Assembly (NCBI GenBank): GCA_963785305.1
Contig: CAWAUV010000007.1
Location: 864,001-928,000, forward strand
Length of the DNA: 64,000 bases
DNA from: an uncultured Planctomycetaceae bacterium
Lineage (GTDB): Bacteria; Planctomycetota; Planctomycetia; Pirellulales; PALSA-1355
Direction: 5' to 3'
A model generated the notes under the pieces. The model was not told where the DNA came from, searched no databases, and was given only the letters and a program-made list of their open reading frames with translations. Every line of letters starts with the position of its first letter. Position 1 is the stretch's first letter. The position numbers and the translations under genes were made by a program. Shown piece after piece: positions 11,035 to 22,098 of the stretch.

Positions 11035-11755
11035 TCATGTGAACAGACTCCTTGCCAGATCCGTAATGCAGGATTCGAAAACTTCGTTCTTGCGCATGCA
11101 GGCCGTCAAAAAGCGTCCAAATCGCGTCGTCGTCTTGAGGAACATCCGTCGGGCGAAAAAGGTCGATGTCCAGGAGCAGTGAGATTTCGTCGTTCTGGTG
11201 AGAGGAGGCTTGATTGATGACGAGCAGGCTTCCTAAATCAAGCTGGGGAATTTGAAGCTGCATGAAGTACTGCCGCACGGCGCTAAAGGAACTGGCCGGA
11301 ACTTCTGGATATGCTCGGAGGTAATCCTTTAGCTCCGCGCCGCGAGATGGAATCGAGATGTTGTTAATGAACCTTACCGCTAATCGAGTTACCGCGGACG
11401 GCTTCATCTCTCCGCGGAACGCGGCCCAAGCCTCTTTTGCGTTGGTGCAAAACGGGAGCCATGAATCATATGGCCGCAAGCGGCTCAGGGTGATGCCGGC
11501 AAGCGTAACGCGTAAAATATCTTTTTCGTCCTTCGACTTGTGGACATACCCGTGAAGCGAAGATGTCGACGATGCGCCGCGCTCGGGTCCGAACACAATC
11601 TGTGAACTCAGGAGCGTGACGTCCTCTCGTGAAGCATAACGGCCGTCCTCTCCAACTTTAACGGCTAGCAGATCCGAAGCAATCGCGCCGGGTGCTTATG
11701 TCGCCTGTATATCGATTATTGCCTCGACAATCGGTGCGTTTGGGTAATGCGGCAT
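11035..11755 (-). pseudogene. TIGR04255-family protein with internal TAA (11696-11698) and a frameshift near 11090
   Basis: N-terminus MPHYPNAPIVEAIIDIQ, core PYDSW...F and TRLAVRFINNI, LLDIDLF. C-terminus KNEVFESCITDLARSLFT* is in a shifted frame. Confidence 0.8.
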
Positions 11756-11974
11756 CGGCGTGACTTTACCGGCACGAATCTCGTTTTGCAATTGTCGCTT
11801 GGAGCCCACCGCCTTTCCATTTTAGCACGCTGATAAGGCTTTTGCATGCCCTTGGAGCCCGAAGCGCCGGGCCAGCGGTTTCGGGTTTTAAAACCGGTTT
11901 TCCGTATCTGAACCAACGAGCACGGCCGTTCCTTCCCGCGCAGAAATTTTGACTTGCGTGTTATTGGCGATCTA

Positions 11975-13834
11975 TCAACACCCTTCCAGTTCCTCTTGCA
12001 ATCGCAGCCAGCGGTCCTCGGCGGCCGCGAGTTCGATGCCCATCGCTTGCACCTCGTTGTGCAGTCGCATCGCGTCGTCGGGCACGGTGGCCACTTGCAG
12101 TCGATCGTTGCGCTCGCGCTTCTCTTGATCGAGTCGGGCGATCGTTTTTTCGATGGTGTTCATCTCCTTGCGAATCTCTTTTTCGCTCCGCCGCGCTGGC
12201 GCTTTGCCGCCGCCCTTCGCGCCCGATCCGCCGCCGCTCGATCCGCCGCCGCCGGGGCCACCCAACGCGCCCTTGCCGCCGGCGCTCGACACGCGTGGCA
12301 CACTGCCGGCCTTGGCCGACGAGATGCGCTGCTGCTCGCGCTCGCCGTCGTCGATCTCCTTGTTCACCGAGTAGAGATACGCTTCATAGTCGCCGCGATA
12401 GTTCACCACCCGGCTGTCCTTCACCTCGATAATGCAGGTGGCCACACGTTTCATGAAGTGCCGGTCGTGGCTCGTGAAGACCACCGTGCCCTTGTACTCG
12501 AGCAGCGCCTCGGCCAGCGCCTCCACGGTGTCGACATCCAAGTGGTTGCCCGGCTCGTCGAGAATCAAAATGTTGTATTGGCTCAAGAGCAATCCGGCCA
12601 TGCACAGCCGGGCCCGCTCGCCGCCGGAGAGCACCGAGATCGACTTTTTCACCGCCTCGCCGCGAAAAAGCATCGCGCCGGCGAGGTCGAGCAGCGCTTG
12701 GTTCTTCGTGCCGGGCGCGGCATTGTATTCGAGATAGTCGAGCACCGTTTGCTTCTCGGGCAAGCTGGTATAGACATGCTGGGCATACACTCCGATCTGG
12801 CAACCGTAGCCCCAGCGGGCGTCGCCCGTCAGCGGCGGGAGCGAATCGACGATCGTGCGGAGAAACGTGGTTTTGCCCTGGCCGTTGTCGCCCACGATCG
12901 CGGCCCGCGAGCCATGTTCGATTTCGAGTTCGATGCCGCTGGCGACCACGCGATTCGGATAGCCGATCGACAGGTTGCGGCAGCGGAGGCAGGGCCCCTT
13001 GCGCGGCTCGACCACGGGGGCGTGGATGTTGGCCGTGGGCTCGTCGCCGGCCACGTCCTTGAGTTGCAACTTTTCGAGTTGCTTGCTCTTGCTCTTGGCG
13101 CGGGTGGCGGTGCTGGCGCGGGCTTTGTTCTTGTCGATGAATTCTTGAAGCTGCCGCTGCTTGGCGGCGATCGCTTGATTGGCCCGCTCGTCGTGTTCGC
13201 GGAGTCCTTTTTGATATTCGAGAAAGGCGTCGATCTTGCCGGGAAACATGGTGAGCTTGCCGCGCGAGAGATCGAGCGTGTGCGTGCAGGTGGCGCCGAG
13301 GAAGGCTCGATCGTGCGACACGATCAAACATGCTTCCTTGAAGTTGCGCAAGAAATGCTCGAGCAGAATCTGGGTGCGCAGGTCGAGAAAGTTGGTCGGT
13401 TCGTCGAGCAGCAGCAAATTGGGCTCATGCAGCAAGAGGGCCGCCAGTTTGACGCGAGTTTGCCAGCCGCCCGAGAGTTTGCCGACCGGGCCTTCGAGAT
13501 ACTCATTCTTGAGCTCGAACTGGCCGGCGACCTCGCCGCATTTCCAGTCGGGCTGGCCGCTATCGCGCATCAGGAAGTCGAGCGAGGTTTCGCCGGGCAG
13601 GAAGGGATCGTGTTGCCGCAGATAGCCGAGCCGCAGCCGGGGATGCTTGACGATCTCGCCCTTGTCGAGCGCTTCGTCGCCCAGGAGCACGCGGAGCAAT
13701 GTGCTTTTGCCGGCGCCGTTGCGTCCGACGAAGCCGACCTTCACATTGTCGACCAGCGTGGCCTCGGCCCCGTCGAGCAGGATTTGGTGGCCGTAGCTTT
13801 TGTGAGCGTTTTGAATTTGCAGCAACATCGCCAT
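11975..13834 (-). CDS. ABC-F family ATP-binding protein
   Basis: Two ABC domains (GRNGAGKST/LSGGW/LLDEPTN and GDNGQGKTT/LSGGE/LDEPGNHLD), no TM segments, C-terminal coiled coil. Confidence 0.95.
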   Translation of the reverse strand: MAMLLQIQNAHKSYGHQILLDGAEATLVDNVKVGFVGRNGAGKSTLLRVLLGDEALDKGEIVKHPRLRLGYLRQHDPFLPGETSLDFLMRDSGQPDWKCGEVAGQFELKNEYLEGPVGKLSGGWQTRVKLAALLLHEPNLLLLDEPTNFLDLRTQILLEHFLRNFKEACLIVSHDRAFLGATCTHTLDLSRGKLTMFPGKIDAFLEYQKGLREHDERANQAIAAKQRQLQEFIDKNKARASTATRAKSKSKQLEKLQLKDVAGDEPTANIHAPVVEPRKGPCLRCRNLSIGYPNRVVASGIELEIEHGSRAAIVGDNGQGKTTFLRTIVDSLPPLTGDARWGYGCQIGVYAQHVYTSLPEKQTVLDYLEYNAAPGTKNQALLDLAGAMLFRGEAVKKSISVLSGGERARLCMAGLLLSQYNILILDEPGNHLDVDTVEALAEALLEYKGTVVFTSHDRHFMKRVATCIIEVKDSRVVNYRGDYEAYLYSVNKEIDDGEREQQRISSAKAGSVPRVSSAGGKGALGGPGGGGSSGGGSGAKGGGKAPARRSEKEIRKEMNTIEKTIARLDQEKRERNDRLQVATVPDDAMRLHNEVQAMGIELAAAEDRWLRLQEELEGC

Positions 13835-14245
13835 CGCTAAGCGTCTCCCTGAAACCGAGTGCCCTTAAAAAAAGGGGGCGGGCCGCCCCTTGAGCCACGC
13901 GAGCGGGCGCGGCGCTCATGAGTCGCGAACCGGCTCGCGACGCAAAACAGGGCCCGACCCCGCGCGGCCGGTCGGGCTTGCTCGCCGGGCACGGTTGAGC
14001 CCACCTCATGTTCCGAGCCCCAACCGCGTGGTTGAGCGCCCATCGGGGGGCAAACGGCGAATTTTCCTTTTCGAGGTATGTTAGGCGGCTGGAAAAGGCG
14101 CGTAAAGGCGGCTTGACAAAATGCGACGCCACCGCCGAACCACGGGGGGTCGCGACAGCGCCGGCCGCCGCGTGTTATCATTGTTTTTCGCTTCTTTTTT
14201 AGATCCGCGTCTTCGGCGGTTCGTCTCCCCGAGAGTTTCACCATC

Positions 14246-15268
14246 ATGTCATTGATTTCGCGCGGCGGTTCCCTGGCTCCCCGGTTGCTTCTTCTGGCTC
14301 TCGCGCTCGTCGCCGGCGGCTGCCGCGGCGGCGACTCGGCAAGCGACAAGTCGAAAACGCCCGGCAAGCTTACCTTGGCCGTGATCCCCAAGGGTTCGAC
14401 GCACATTTTCTGGAAGTCGGTCGAAGCCGGCGCTCGCAAGGCCGCCGATGAGCTGGGAGTCGACATCGCCTGGAAATCGTCGCTCAAGGAAAACGATCGG
14501 GCCACTCAGATCGCGATCGTCGAACAATTCACCTCCGACGGGGTCGATGGCATCGTGCTCGCCCCGCTCGACGACATCGCGCTCCGCCGGCCGGTCGACG
14601 CCGCGATGCGCAAGAAAATTCCGGTGCTGATCTTCGATTCGGCGCTGCATGGCGCCGCCGGCATGGATTTCGTCGGCTATGTGGGCACCGACAACCGCGC
14701 GAGCGGTCAACTGGCCGGCGAGGAAATGGTTCGGCTGCTCTCCGGCAAGGGCAAGGTCATCGTGCTGCGATACATGGAAGGGTCGAATAGCACCATGGAG
14801 CGCGAAGACGGTTTCTTGGAAACGATCAAGAAACATCCCGAAATGGAAATCGCGCTTTCCAATCGCTTCGCCGGAGGCACGATGGGCGAAGCCAAGGAAG
14901 CGGCGCTCAATATCATCGACCAACTCCGCGAGGTCGACGGCGTGTTCTGCTCCTGCGAGCCGGTCACCTTCGGCATGATGCTCGCGCTCAAGCAAAACGG
15001 TCTCACGCCCAAGGTGAAGATCATCGGCTTCGACACCGCCGATAAACTAATCGAGGGCCTCCAGAGCGGCGACATCGCGGCGCTCGTCGCCCAGAATCCG
15101 ACCCAGATGGGTTACTTGTCCGTGAAGAACCTTGTCGAGTACATCCACGGCAAGTCGATCCCCGAATCGATCGATAGCGGCGCAATGCTGATCACGCGCG
15201 AAAACCTCGACCACGACGATGTTCGGAAGTTCCTGGGCAAAGCGCCCGACGCCCATGCGGATAAATAA
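14246..15268 (+). CDS. Sugar ABC transporter periplasmic binding lipoprotein (RbsB-like)
   Basis: Lipobox-like VAGGC, IPKGSTHIFWKSVEAGA, GTDN..SG..AG, Q.P..MGY. Confidence 0.9.
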   Translation: MSLISRGGSLAPRLLLLALALVAGGCRGGDSASDKSKTPGKLTLAVIPKGSTHIFWKSVEAGARKAADELGVDIAWKSSLKENDRATQIAIVEQFTSDGVDGIVLAPLDDIALRRPVDAAMRKKIPVLIFDSALHGAAGMDFVGYVGTDNRASGQLAGEEMVRLLSGKGKVIVLRYMEGSNSTMEREDGFLETIKKHPEMEIALSNRFAGGTMGEAKEAALNIIDQLREVDGVFCSCEPVTFGMMLALKQNGLTPKVKIIGFDTADKLIEGLQSGDIAALVAQNPTQMGYLSVKNLVEYIHGKSIPESIDSGAMLITRENLDHDDVRKFLGKAPDAHADK

Positions 15269-15355
15269 CAGGCGCCGGCGGGAACGTTCGCGACCGATTT
15301 TCTCCGCGCTTCCGCCGCGCCAGTGAAGCCGGATCTTCTCAGGCCGCTTCGACTC

Positions 15356-16024
15356 TCAGCCCGTGACCGTGTCGATGATCAACTTCGTCGATCCGTCGGG
15401 CTGCGGCCGCAGGTGGTCGAAGGCGAATTGGAATCGCACCGCGGGGAATTTGGCGGCGATTCCGCGCACCAGCGTGTCCCACCACTCGGTGGAGCGAATC
15501 GTGCAATGCGCGTTTTCGCCCGTCGGCAGATGCTTGATCGCCGGATAGCAGGCCACGTTGGCATACACGAACTTGCGGGCGTAGCCGAACATCTCGGTCA
15601 CGATCCATTCGACGTCGTCTTCCGGGCAATGCTCGAGCACGTCGGTCGAGACCACGCCATCGAACGGCCCCAGCGGCAGCCGGCGAAACGGCTCGTAGGC
15701 CGGATCGTAGCAGGTGACCGATGTCACGCCCCAGTAGGCCGGTATCGAGGGAAACCACCCGCCGCCCTCGACCTGGATGCGCACATTTTTATACTGCATT
15801 CCCTTGCCGGCCCCATAGTCAAGAATCGATTTCGCCCCATGCCGATCGATCAGCTCCTTGATCGGCCGCGCATGGCGCGGCATGCTGTCGCCCGGATATA
15901 ATTGTTCGGGCGGGGTGTTTCGCTGGCGATCACCTTCGACATGCATGCGGCTGTAGAGTGCTAGCAGCTCGCGATAGCGTGGGCTGGGGCTTTGGCGCGA
16001 ATAGCTGGGCAAACAAGTGCTCAC
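15356..16024 (-). CDS. Class I SAM-dependent methyltransferase-like protein
   Basis: ILDYGAGKG SAM motif, YDPAY, FDGVVSTDVLEH in the 3' part of ORF 15356..16714. Start is approximate. Confidence 0.75.
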   Translation of the reverse strand: MSTCLPSYSRQSPSPRYRELLALYSRMHVEGDRQRNTPPEQLYPGDSMPRHARPIKELIDRHGAKSILDYGAGKGMQYKNVRIQVEGGGWFPSIPAYWGVTSVTCYDPAYEPFRRLPLGPFDGVVSTDVLEHCPEDDVEWIVTEMFGYARKFVYANVACYPAIKHLPTGENAHCTIRSTEWWDTLVRGIAAKFPAVRFQFAFDHLRPQPDGSTKLIIDTVTG

Positions 16025-16204
16025 GGCGACGATCTCCGCATTGAGAACAGGGCGAATGTTCGTGGACGGGATAGCAACCCGCGGCGCCGGCCGGCGCACC
16101 ACGGAGCAGCTACCCCATTCATCGGGCGCCGCGGCGCCCCGGCGTGAGCAAAGCGCCCGCCGCGAGGCGCGGAAATCGATTCCGATATAACGAAAACAAA
16201 ATAT

Positions 16205-16232
16205 TTGCCCTCGTTCGCGATCGCGGTACGAT
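16205..16232 (+). promoter_or_regulatory. Putative sigma-70 promoter of duplicated module copy 1
   Basis: TTGCCC-16 bp-TACGAT, homologous to 22016..22043. Confidence 0.55.
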
Positions 16233-17883
16233 AACGGGGAATTCATCAAAAAGAGCCTGTCTGGCAGGACGCGCCTCTTGCTTTGGGAGATGGTGGGGTG
16301 AGAGCTCACCGAAGTTCTCGGACAGGATGTAAAGCGTGGTGGTTCCATTTTTTGGAGGGCCAGCCGTGCGATTCTTTGAATCTCTTCGAGATTATCGGCC
16401 GCCGCGAAAGCCGGCTTGCGGTTGCTCCGTTGGCCGCTTGGCGGTTGCGGCGCTGACTTGCGCCTTCTTTTCGGCCTTCGCGGCGAGCGCCATGGCGGCG
16501 CCGCCCGAGGAAGGCTCGCCGAAGGTCGAGCCGGCGAAGCCGGGCGAGAAATCGGAAATCCGCTCGGTAATCGACGACCACGACGTGGCCCATCTGGCCG
16601 ACGGCCAAACCCTGCAACTCGAACACTGGGGCGAAACCTATGAAGGCTATGAGGACCAACCGGCGATCCGTGGCGACGAAGCGCAGTTGATCGCGAACGT
16701 CGGCGGCATCGCAACGTCCATCGCCCTCGACCTCACGCACAAGAAAATCTATTGGGCGAATTACGCCGAAAAGCCCGGCGACAGTTCGATTTGGAGGGCC
16801 AACTTGGACGGAAGTCGCAAGGAGATATTGATCGATGGTTTGACGCAACCGAATGCGATCGCGCTCGATGTTCTAAATGGCAAATTGTACTGGTCGCATT
16901 CGCCGCCGGCGGGCGGCCGGTCGATTTATCGCTCGGACCTTGATGGACGGTCGCGTGACGAAATCATCGATGACAACCGCAGTGCCGTAGCCTGCATAAC
17001 GATCGTAAATCCATCGAAACGACTCTATTGGACAAGCGACGGGAAAATATTTGAAAGCGAACTGGATGGATCTGACCAGCGTCCCCTGGCCCTGCGGGTT
17101 GCGCCCTCCAAGCGAATTGGCGATGGAGAGGTGCATCCCTTGGCGATTGCGTTTTCTCGCGAAACGGGATGTCTTTTTTTCTCGAATGCCCGTCCGAACG
17201 CGATATATTCGGCAAGCGGCGACGAGCAGCCGACGCAAGTGGCGGCAAAAATTATCTCACACCCGGCCCAAGGAGTTGCTAACGGGTTATTCGTGGACGA
17301 TTCGACGGCGAAGATATATTTTGCTGATCGCGAATACAAAAAATTGTGTCGGGCGAACTTTGACGGCACGCAAATAGAAGATGTCGTGGTTGGTTTGATT
17401 CAACCGTTTGACGTCAAGCTCGACGTGGATGGAAAGATGATTTATTGGGGCGACACTCGGAATTTGAAGCGGTGCAAACTCCCACGGGTCCGAGAAAAGA
17501 TTTCGATGCGGACGCCCCCGTTCGTCGAGCGTATTTCGCCGGCTTCCGCGTCGGTTGACGATGTGATTACGATCGAGGGAAAGAACTTGGCCGAGACGGT
17601 TGATGTACAATTCATCGAAACTTCCAAGGGAGAAAGCGCAATCGCTCGCTTCAGCGCACGGCGACACGGAGCTTTGGGTCACAGTGCCTTCGACGATGGC
17701 TGGAAGGCACGCCGCGATTCTAGTTCGTAGCAAGACGGGCGTAACAGTGACGCTTTCGCGGGACATTCTTCTTTTGACGGAACAGGCTCGCGTTTATGGT
17801 ATGGGCAACAGCCAAGAAGTGCGTCCCGTGATCTCGGGTATCGCCGTGGCCGATGTTTTCGGCGAGTGCGTCCACGTGCCTAG

Positions 17884-19797
17884 GCCTTAAACCAGTATCC
17901 CTTTGAGGCGTGGGCGGGGAGATTTTTGGAAAAAAGCGAAATCCCTCGGCGGATTTGCGGTATTCTGTGTTTTTTGCCAGTCACGAACACCACGGCCACC
18001 GAGGGATTTCGAGTGAAAGCCAAGAACCAAAGAGCGCGGGCCAAGCGTCAGAGGGCGCAGGCCAAGGGCCGAAGAACACGGGCCAAGATACGCCGACGTC
18101 TCGCCGCATGCAAGCGGCGGGTCGAGCGGCGCATCGACAAGCACAACTGCGAGGGTTGCGAGCGCCCGATCATGCGGCCCGGCAATATCAAGTATGAGCT
18201 TGCGGAGCGCACGCAAGGCATGGCTTATGGCGGCTTGGGCGCGATGCGGTTGCTGGTCCAAGAACTGGGGCTGGCCGAAGCGATCGATCGGCGATTGCAT
18301 CTGCTCAAGGTGCATCTGCCATATCATGAGAGCGATCATGTGCTCAACCTAGCGTTCAACGCCTTGTGCGACGGCGATTGCTTGGAAGACCTCGAACTGC
18401 GCCGCAACGACGAAGTCTATCTCGACGCGCTCGGCGCCCGGCGCATGCCCGATCCGACCACGGCGGGCGACTTCTGCCGACGTTTCAAGCCGAGCGACGT
18501 GCGCGCGCTGCAAGAAGCTTTCCACGAAACACGACATAAAGCTTGGGCTCGCCAGCCCGCCGAGTTCTTCGCCCAAGCCCGCATCGACATGGACGGCGTG
18601 TTCGCGCCCACCGGCGGCCAGTGCAAGGAGGGCATGGACATCTCCCACAAGGGCGAATGGGGCTATCATCCGCTGGTCGTGTCGCTGGCCAACACGGGCG
18701 AAGTGTTCTCGATCGTCAACCGCTCGGGCAACCGGCCCAGCCACGAAGGGGCGGCGGCCGAAGTCGATCGCGCGCTGGAAGTCTGCTTCGCCGGCGGCTT
18801 TCGCAAGGTGTTGCTCCGCGGCGACACCGACTTCTCGCAGACGACGCATCTGGACCGCTGGACGGACGACCCGCGCGTGCGATTCGTGTTCGGCATGGAC
18901 GCCAAGCTGAAATTGCAGCTTTTGGCCGACGACTTGAAGGACAAGTCCTGGCAACCGCTCGAGCGCGCGCCGCGTTATGCCGTGAAGACGAAGCACCGCG
19001 CGCGGCCGACCAATGTTAAGGAAGGCATCGTGCGCGAGCGGGAATTCAAGAACCTGCGGCTGGTGGGCGAAGAGGTCGCCGAGTTTGATTATCGACCCAC
19101 GGCGTGCAAGAAGGTGTATCGCCTGGTGGTGGTGCGCAAGTGGATCGACGAGCACCAAGGTCAGCGGACGCTGTTTTCCAGCTATCGCTACTTCTTCTAC
19201 TTGACGAACGATCGCGAGCTCACGCCGGCCGAAGTGGTGTTCGAGGCGAACGACCGCTGCGATCAAGAGAACCTGAACGCGCAGCTTAAAGGCGCGGTGC
19301 GCGCCTTGCACGCGCCGGTCGACAACTTGGTGAGCAACTGGGCCTACATGGTGATGGTCTCGCTGGCCTGGAACCTGAAGGCGTGGTGGGCCTTGCTCTT
19401 GCCCGAGCCGCCGGGCCGCGAACAAGAAGCGCGGCGCGAGGAAAAGAAGACGGTGCTCAAGATGGAGTTCAAGACATTCCGCAACGCTTTCATTCGGATG
19501 CCATGTCAAATCGTGCGTGGCGGGCGAAGATTGATCTATCGTTTGTTGGGTTGGAATCGCTGGCAAGTCGTGTTGTTTCGCTGGCTGGACGGCCTGCGAT
19601 GTTGACGCCGATCAATTGAAGCCGGAGTCCGGACGCTCCGGTCCGCCGCCACGCCGAACCAGGAAAGCCAACCGCCAATGCCAAACAAAAACCCGCCGCC
19701 GAGAGTAGCGCGCCGCCGGCGCCGCCCGCTCACGCCGCGCGCACCGCCGGCCACGCGAAACCGCCGCAAAACGCAACCGCGTACGCTTGTTTAAGGC
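17884..19797 (+). mobile_element. IS1380-family insertion sequence, copy 2
   Basis: GCCTTAAAC...GTTTAAGGC inverted repeats, CTAG duplicated at 17880-17883 and 19798-19801. Confidence 0.93.
17926..19605 (+). CDS. IS1380-family DDE transposase
   Basis: 559-aa ORF differing from 8995..10674 at three residues I could see (A/T, V/M, A/S). Confidence 0.92.
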   Translation: MEKSEIPRRICGILCFLPVTNTTATEGFRVKAKNQRARAKRQRAQAKGRRTRAKIRRRLAACKRRVERRIDKHNCEGCERPIMRPGNIKYELAERTQGMAYGGLGAMRLLVQELGLAEAIDRRLHLLKVHLPYHESDHVLNLAFNALCDGDCLEDLELRRNDEVYLDALGARRMPDPTTAGDFCRRFKPSDVRALQEAFHETRHKAWARQPAEFFAQARIDMDGVFAPTGGQCKEGMDISHKGEWGYHPLVVSLANTGEVFSIVNRSGNRPSHEGAAAEVDRALEVCFAGGFRKVLLRGDTDFSQTTHLDRWTDDPRVRFVFGMDAKLKLQLLADDLKDKSWQPLERAPRYAVKTKHRARPTNVKEGIVREREFKNLRLVGEEVAEFDYRPTACKKVYRLVVVRKWIDEHQGQRTLFSSYRYFFYLTNDRELTPAEVVFEANDRCDQENLNAQLKGAVRALHAPVDNLVSNWAYMVMVSLAWNLKAWWALLLPEPPGREQEARREEKKTVLKMEFKTFRNAFIRMPCQIVRGGRRLIYRLLGWNRWQVVLFRWLDGLRC

Positions 19798-20203
19798 CTA
19801 GGGGCGACCCGCGATTTTGCGTTGTCGCGGCCGGCTCCGCTCAGATATCCGAAATCGGGCACAAGGTCGCCGTGGCCACGAACGGCGGCTTCATTTATTC
19901 CGGGGCGCCGGGCAACAACACATTCTTCGTCAAAAACGGGGGGGTCGGGCTACCGACCTCACCAAATCCGAGTACGATTTATTACGAGCCGTGGGGAGTT
20001 GTACAAAACAAATTCTTATGGCACCCACAAGCAAGGATCGGTCACGTCTTTACTCCAGTCCCCGCGATCCGCTTGAGTGTGATTGAGAAACTTTTTGAAA
20101 TCACGAAACGATAATCACCGTTCGATCGCGCGGCAGATGCAATTTTTCCGAATCGGCGGTATAATGCCGCGTCTGCGGTACATAATATAATAGGACAGAA
20201 GTT

Positions 20204-22059
20204 ATGGGTTGCTATACAATCGCACCGTGCCAAGGGATAGAGAACGGACTTCAAATTTCCGCTCCCGCGACGGGGCCAGGTGGTGCTGCTCTTAACAATA
20301 ACTTCTTAACGTTGAATTACCGGCAGCCAAAGTGTAATTACGGCGCACTCGAGGACCCGAATAATCTCGCCGACAGCAGCCAGGGTTATTGCGTCGGTTC
20401 CCGCTGGCTGAACACGAGATCAGGCAGGATGTGGATGTGCGTTGACGCGAGCGTTGGGGCGGCGTACTGGGTACCCTGGTTCCGGTGGAATCCAGTGGCC
20501 GCGCCGGTGGTCACGCCATCGTCGTCGCCACCGGCGCAGCCGAATTTCGGCGGCGTGGCTCAGAATCAACTCAACGTGGCGATTAGCGTTGGTGTCGACG
20601 GCGAGGTGCGTCGCATCAGCGTGAACGGATTCACCGAAGGGCCGGTCATCCTCACGCCGCTGGGATCGGGCCAGAAATCGGCGATTCAAATGGGTCCCGA
20701 GGCGGCGCCGTACAACAGCGCCAATCGCGGAATGTTCGCTGTCGACCTGCAAAACGGGCGCACAGCGCCGACGCAAGTCGCCTCGGGCATGCGCTCGGCG
20801 ATCGTCGGCGGAATCAACAACACCGCCAGCGGCGCTTATTCGCATGTGGCCGCGGGGCAAGATAACACCGCCAGCGGCGGCGGGTCGCACGCCGAGGGCT
20901 ATTCCACCACCGCCAGCGGCGCGGTGCGCATGCCGAGGGGTACGCCAAAGCCGAGGGCGCCGCGATCTATGCGCGCGGCATCGGCGCGCATGCCGAAGGA
21001 TTTGCCGAGGAGGGGCAAACGGTCGTCGCTCGCGCCAACGGGTCGCACGCCGAAGGCGTGGCGACCGAGGCCAACGCCGAGGCCGCGCATTCCGAGGGAA
21101 AATACGCTTATGCCAATGGCGAGTCGTCGCACGCCCAGGGCTATTTCACGCATGCCCAGGGCGAAGCCAGCCACGCCGAAGGCTCCTATACCTACGCCAT
21201 CGGCGAAGCCAGCCACGCCCAGGGTTCCAAAACCAAGGCCACGATGGAAGCGGCGCACGCCGAGGGTGAAAGCACCTACGCCAAGGGCAAGGCGTCGCAC
21301 GCCGAAGGCTCGTATACCTACACCTACAACGAAGCCAGCCACGCCGAAGGCTCCAACACGAAGGCGATCGCCGAGGCCGCGCATGCCGAAGGCAAGTATA
21401 CATTGGCCAGCGGCGAGGCCGCTCATGCCGAAGGCGCCAACACGCAGGCCACCGGCGAGGACGCGCACGCTGAAGGCAAGTATTCGATCGCCAGTGGCGA
21501 GGCGGCCCACGCCGAGGGTAGCAATTGCCAAGCCACGAATGAAAACGCGCACGCCGAGGGGAACACCACGACCGCCTCGGGCGAGTCGTCGCACTCCGAA
21601 GGGACGGGCACCCTTGCTTACGGCGATTCCGCGCATGCCGAAGGCAAGGCGACCTACGCCAAGGATGACGGTGCGCATAGCGAAGGCGGAAAAACCCAAG
21701 CCATCGAAAAATATTCGCACGCCGAAGGCTATTCGACCACCGCGGGCGAGTTCGCCGCGCATGCCGAGGGCCAATACACCTGGGCCAACGAAAAAGGCGC
21801 GCATGCCGAAGGCTATGCCGGCGTCTTCAACAACGATCCCTCGAAAGGCATCATCGCCAGCGGCCCCGGCGCCCACGCCGAAGGATATCAAGGCGGAAAA
21901 TACGCGCTGCTTTCCGCCACCGCCGAAGGCGCGCACGCCGAAGGATTCGTCACCGACACCGACAAGACAATCGCCAGCGGCGAAGGAGTTGAAGGCGCTG
22001 AAGAAAACGAAATGTTTGCAATTCGTCGCGATCGCGATATGATGGTGGGGCATATCTAA
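20204..22059 (+). CDS. (S/A)HAEG-repeat fibre/adhesin-like protein, copy 1; frameshift at ~20925, C-terminally truncated
   Basis: N-terminal GYCVGSRWLN..SG.MW.C.DAS.GAA.W module, then 14-aa xSHAEG repeats. Similarity to copy 2 stops after TDKTIASG. Confidence 0.8.
22016..22043 (+). promoter_or_regulatory. Putative sigma-70 promoter of duplicated module copy 2
   Basis: TTGCAA-16 bp-TATGAT with the shared TCGCGATCGCG spacer. Confidence 0.55.
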
Positions 22060-22098
22060 AAAAAGCCGTGGTGGTTCCGATGAAAAGGAGTCCCAACC

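Larger units (their letters stand above)
8745..11038 (-). pseudogene. Small hypothetical gene interrupted by IS1380 (parts 11038-10717 and 8801-8745)
   Basis: ATG overlaps the TIGR04255 stop (ATGA). Removing the IS and one CTAG restores ...DFLSDLEL-DELLESDRQAFDERPMS*, which overlaps the Fic start. Confidence 0.65.
16336..20114 (+). pseudogene. Secreted YWTD/LDLR-like beta-propeller + IPT/TIG protein, copy 1; interrupted by IS1380 and frameshifted near 17655
   Basis: Signal peptide, repeated IALD....KIYW / RANLDGS, IPT (ISP.SA..DDVITIEGKNL). Removing the IS restores HVP-RGDPRFC...YYEPW...PVPAIRLSV, colinear with 22099..23904. Confidence 0.85.

Noticed and set aside
10694..11596. Single 300-aa protein as given in the ORF track
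   Set aside because: It is a chimera of the TIGR04255 core, the downstream small gene (joined by a frameshift) and a few IS-derived codons.
8802..19797. Composite transposon that imported the 10.7-17.9 kb segment
   Set aside because: Each IS has its own CTAG duplication and splits a gene whose halves lie on its two sides, so the intervening DNA was already resident.
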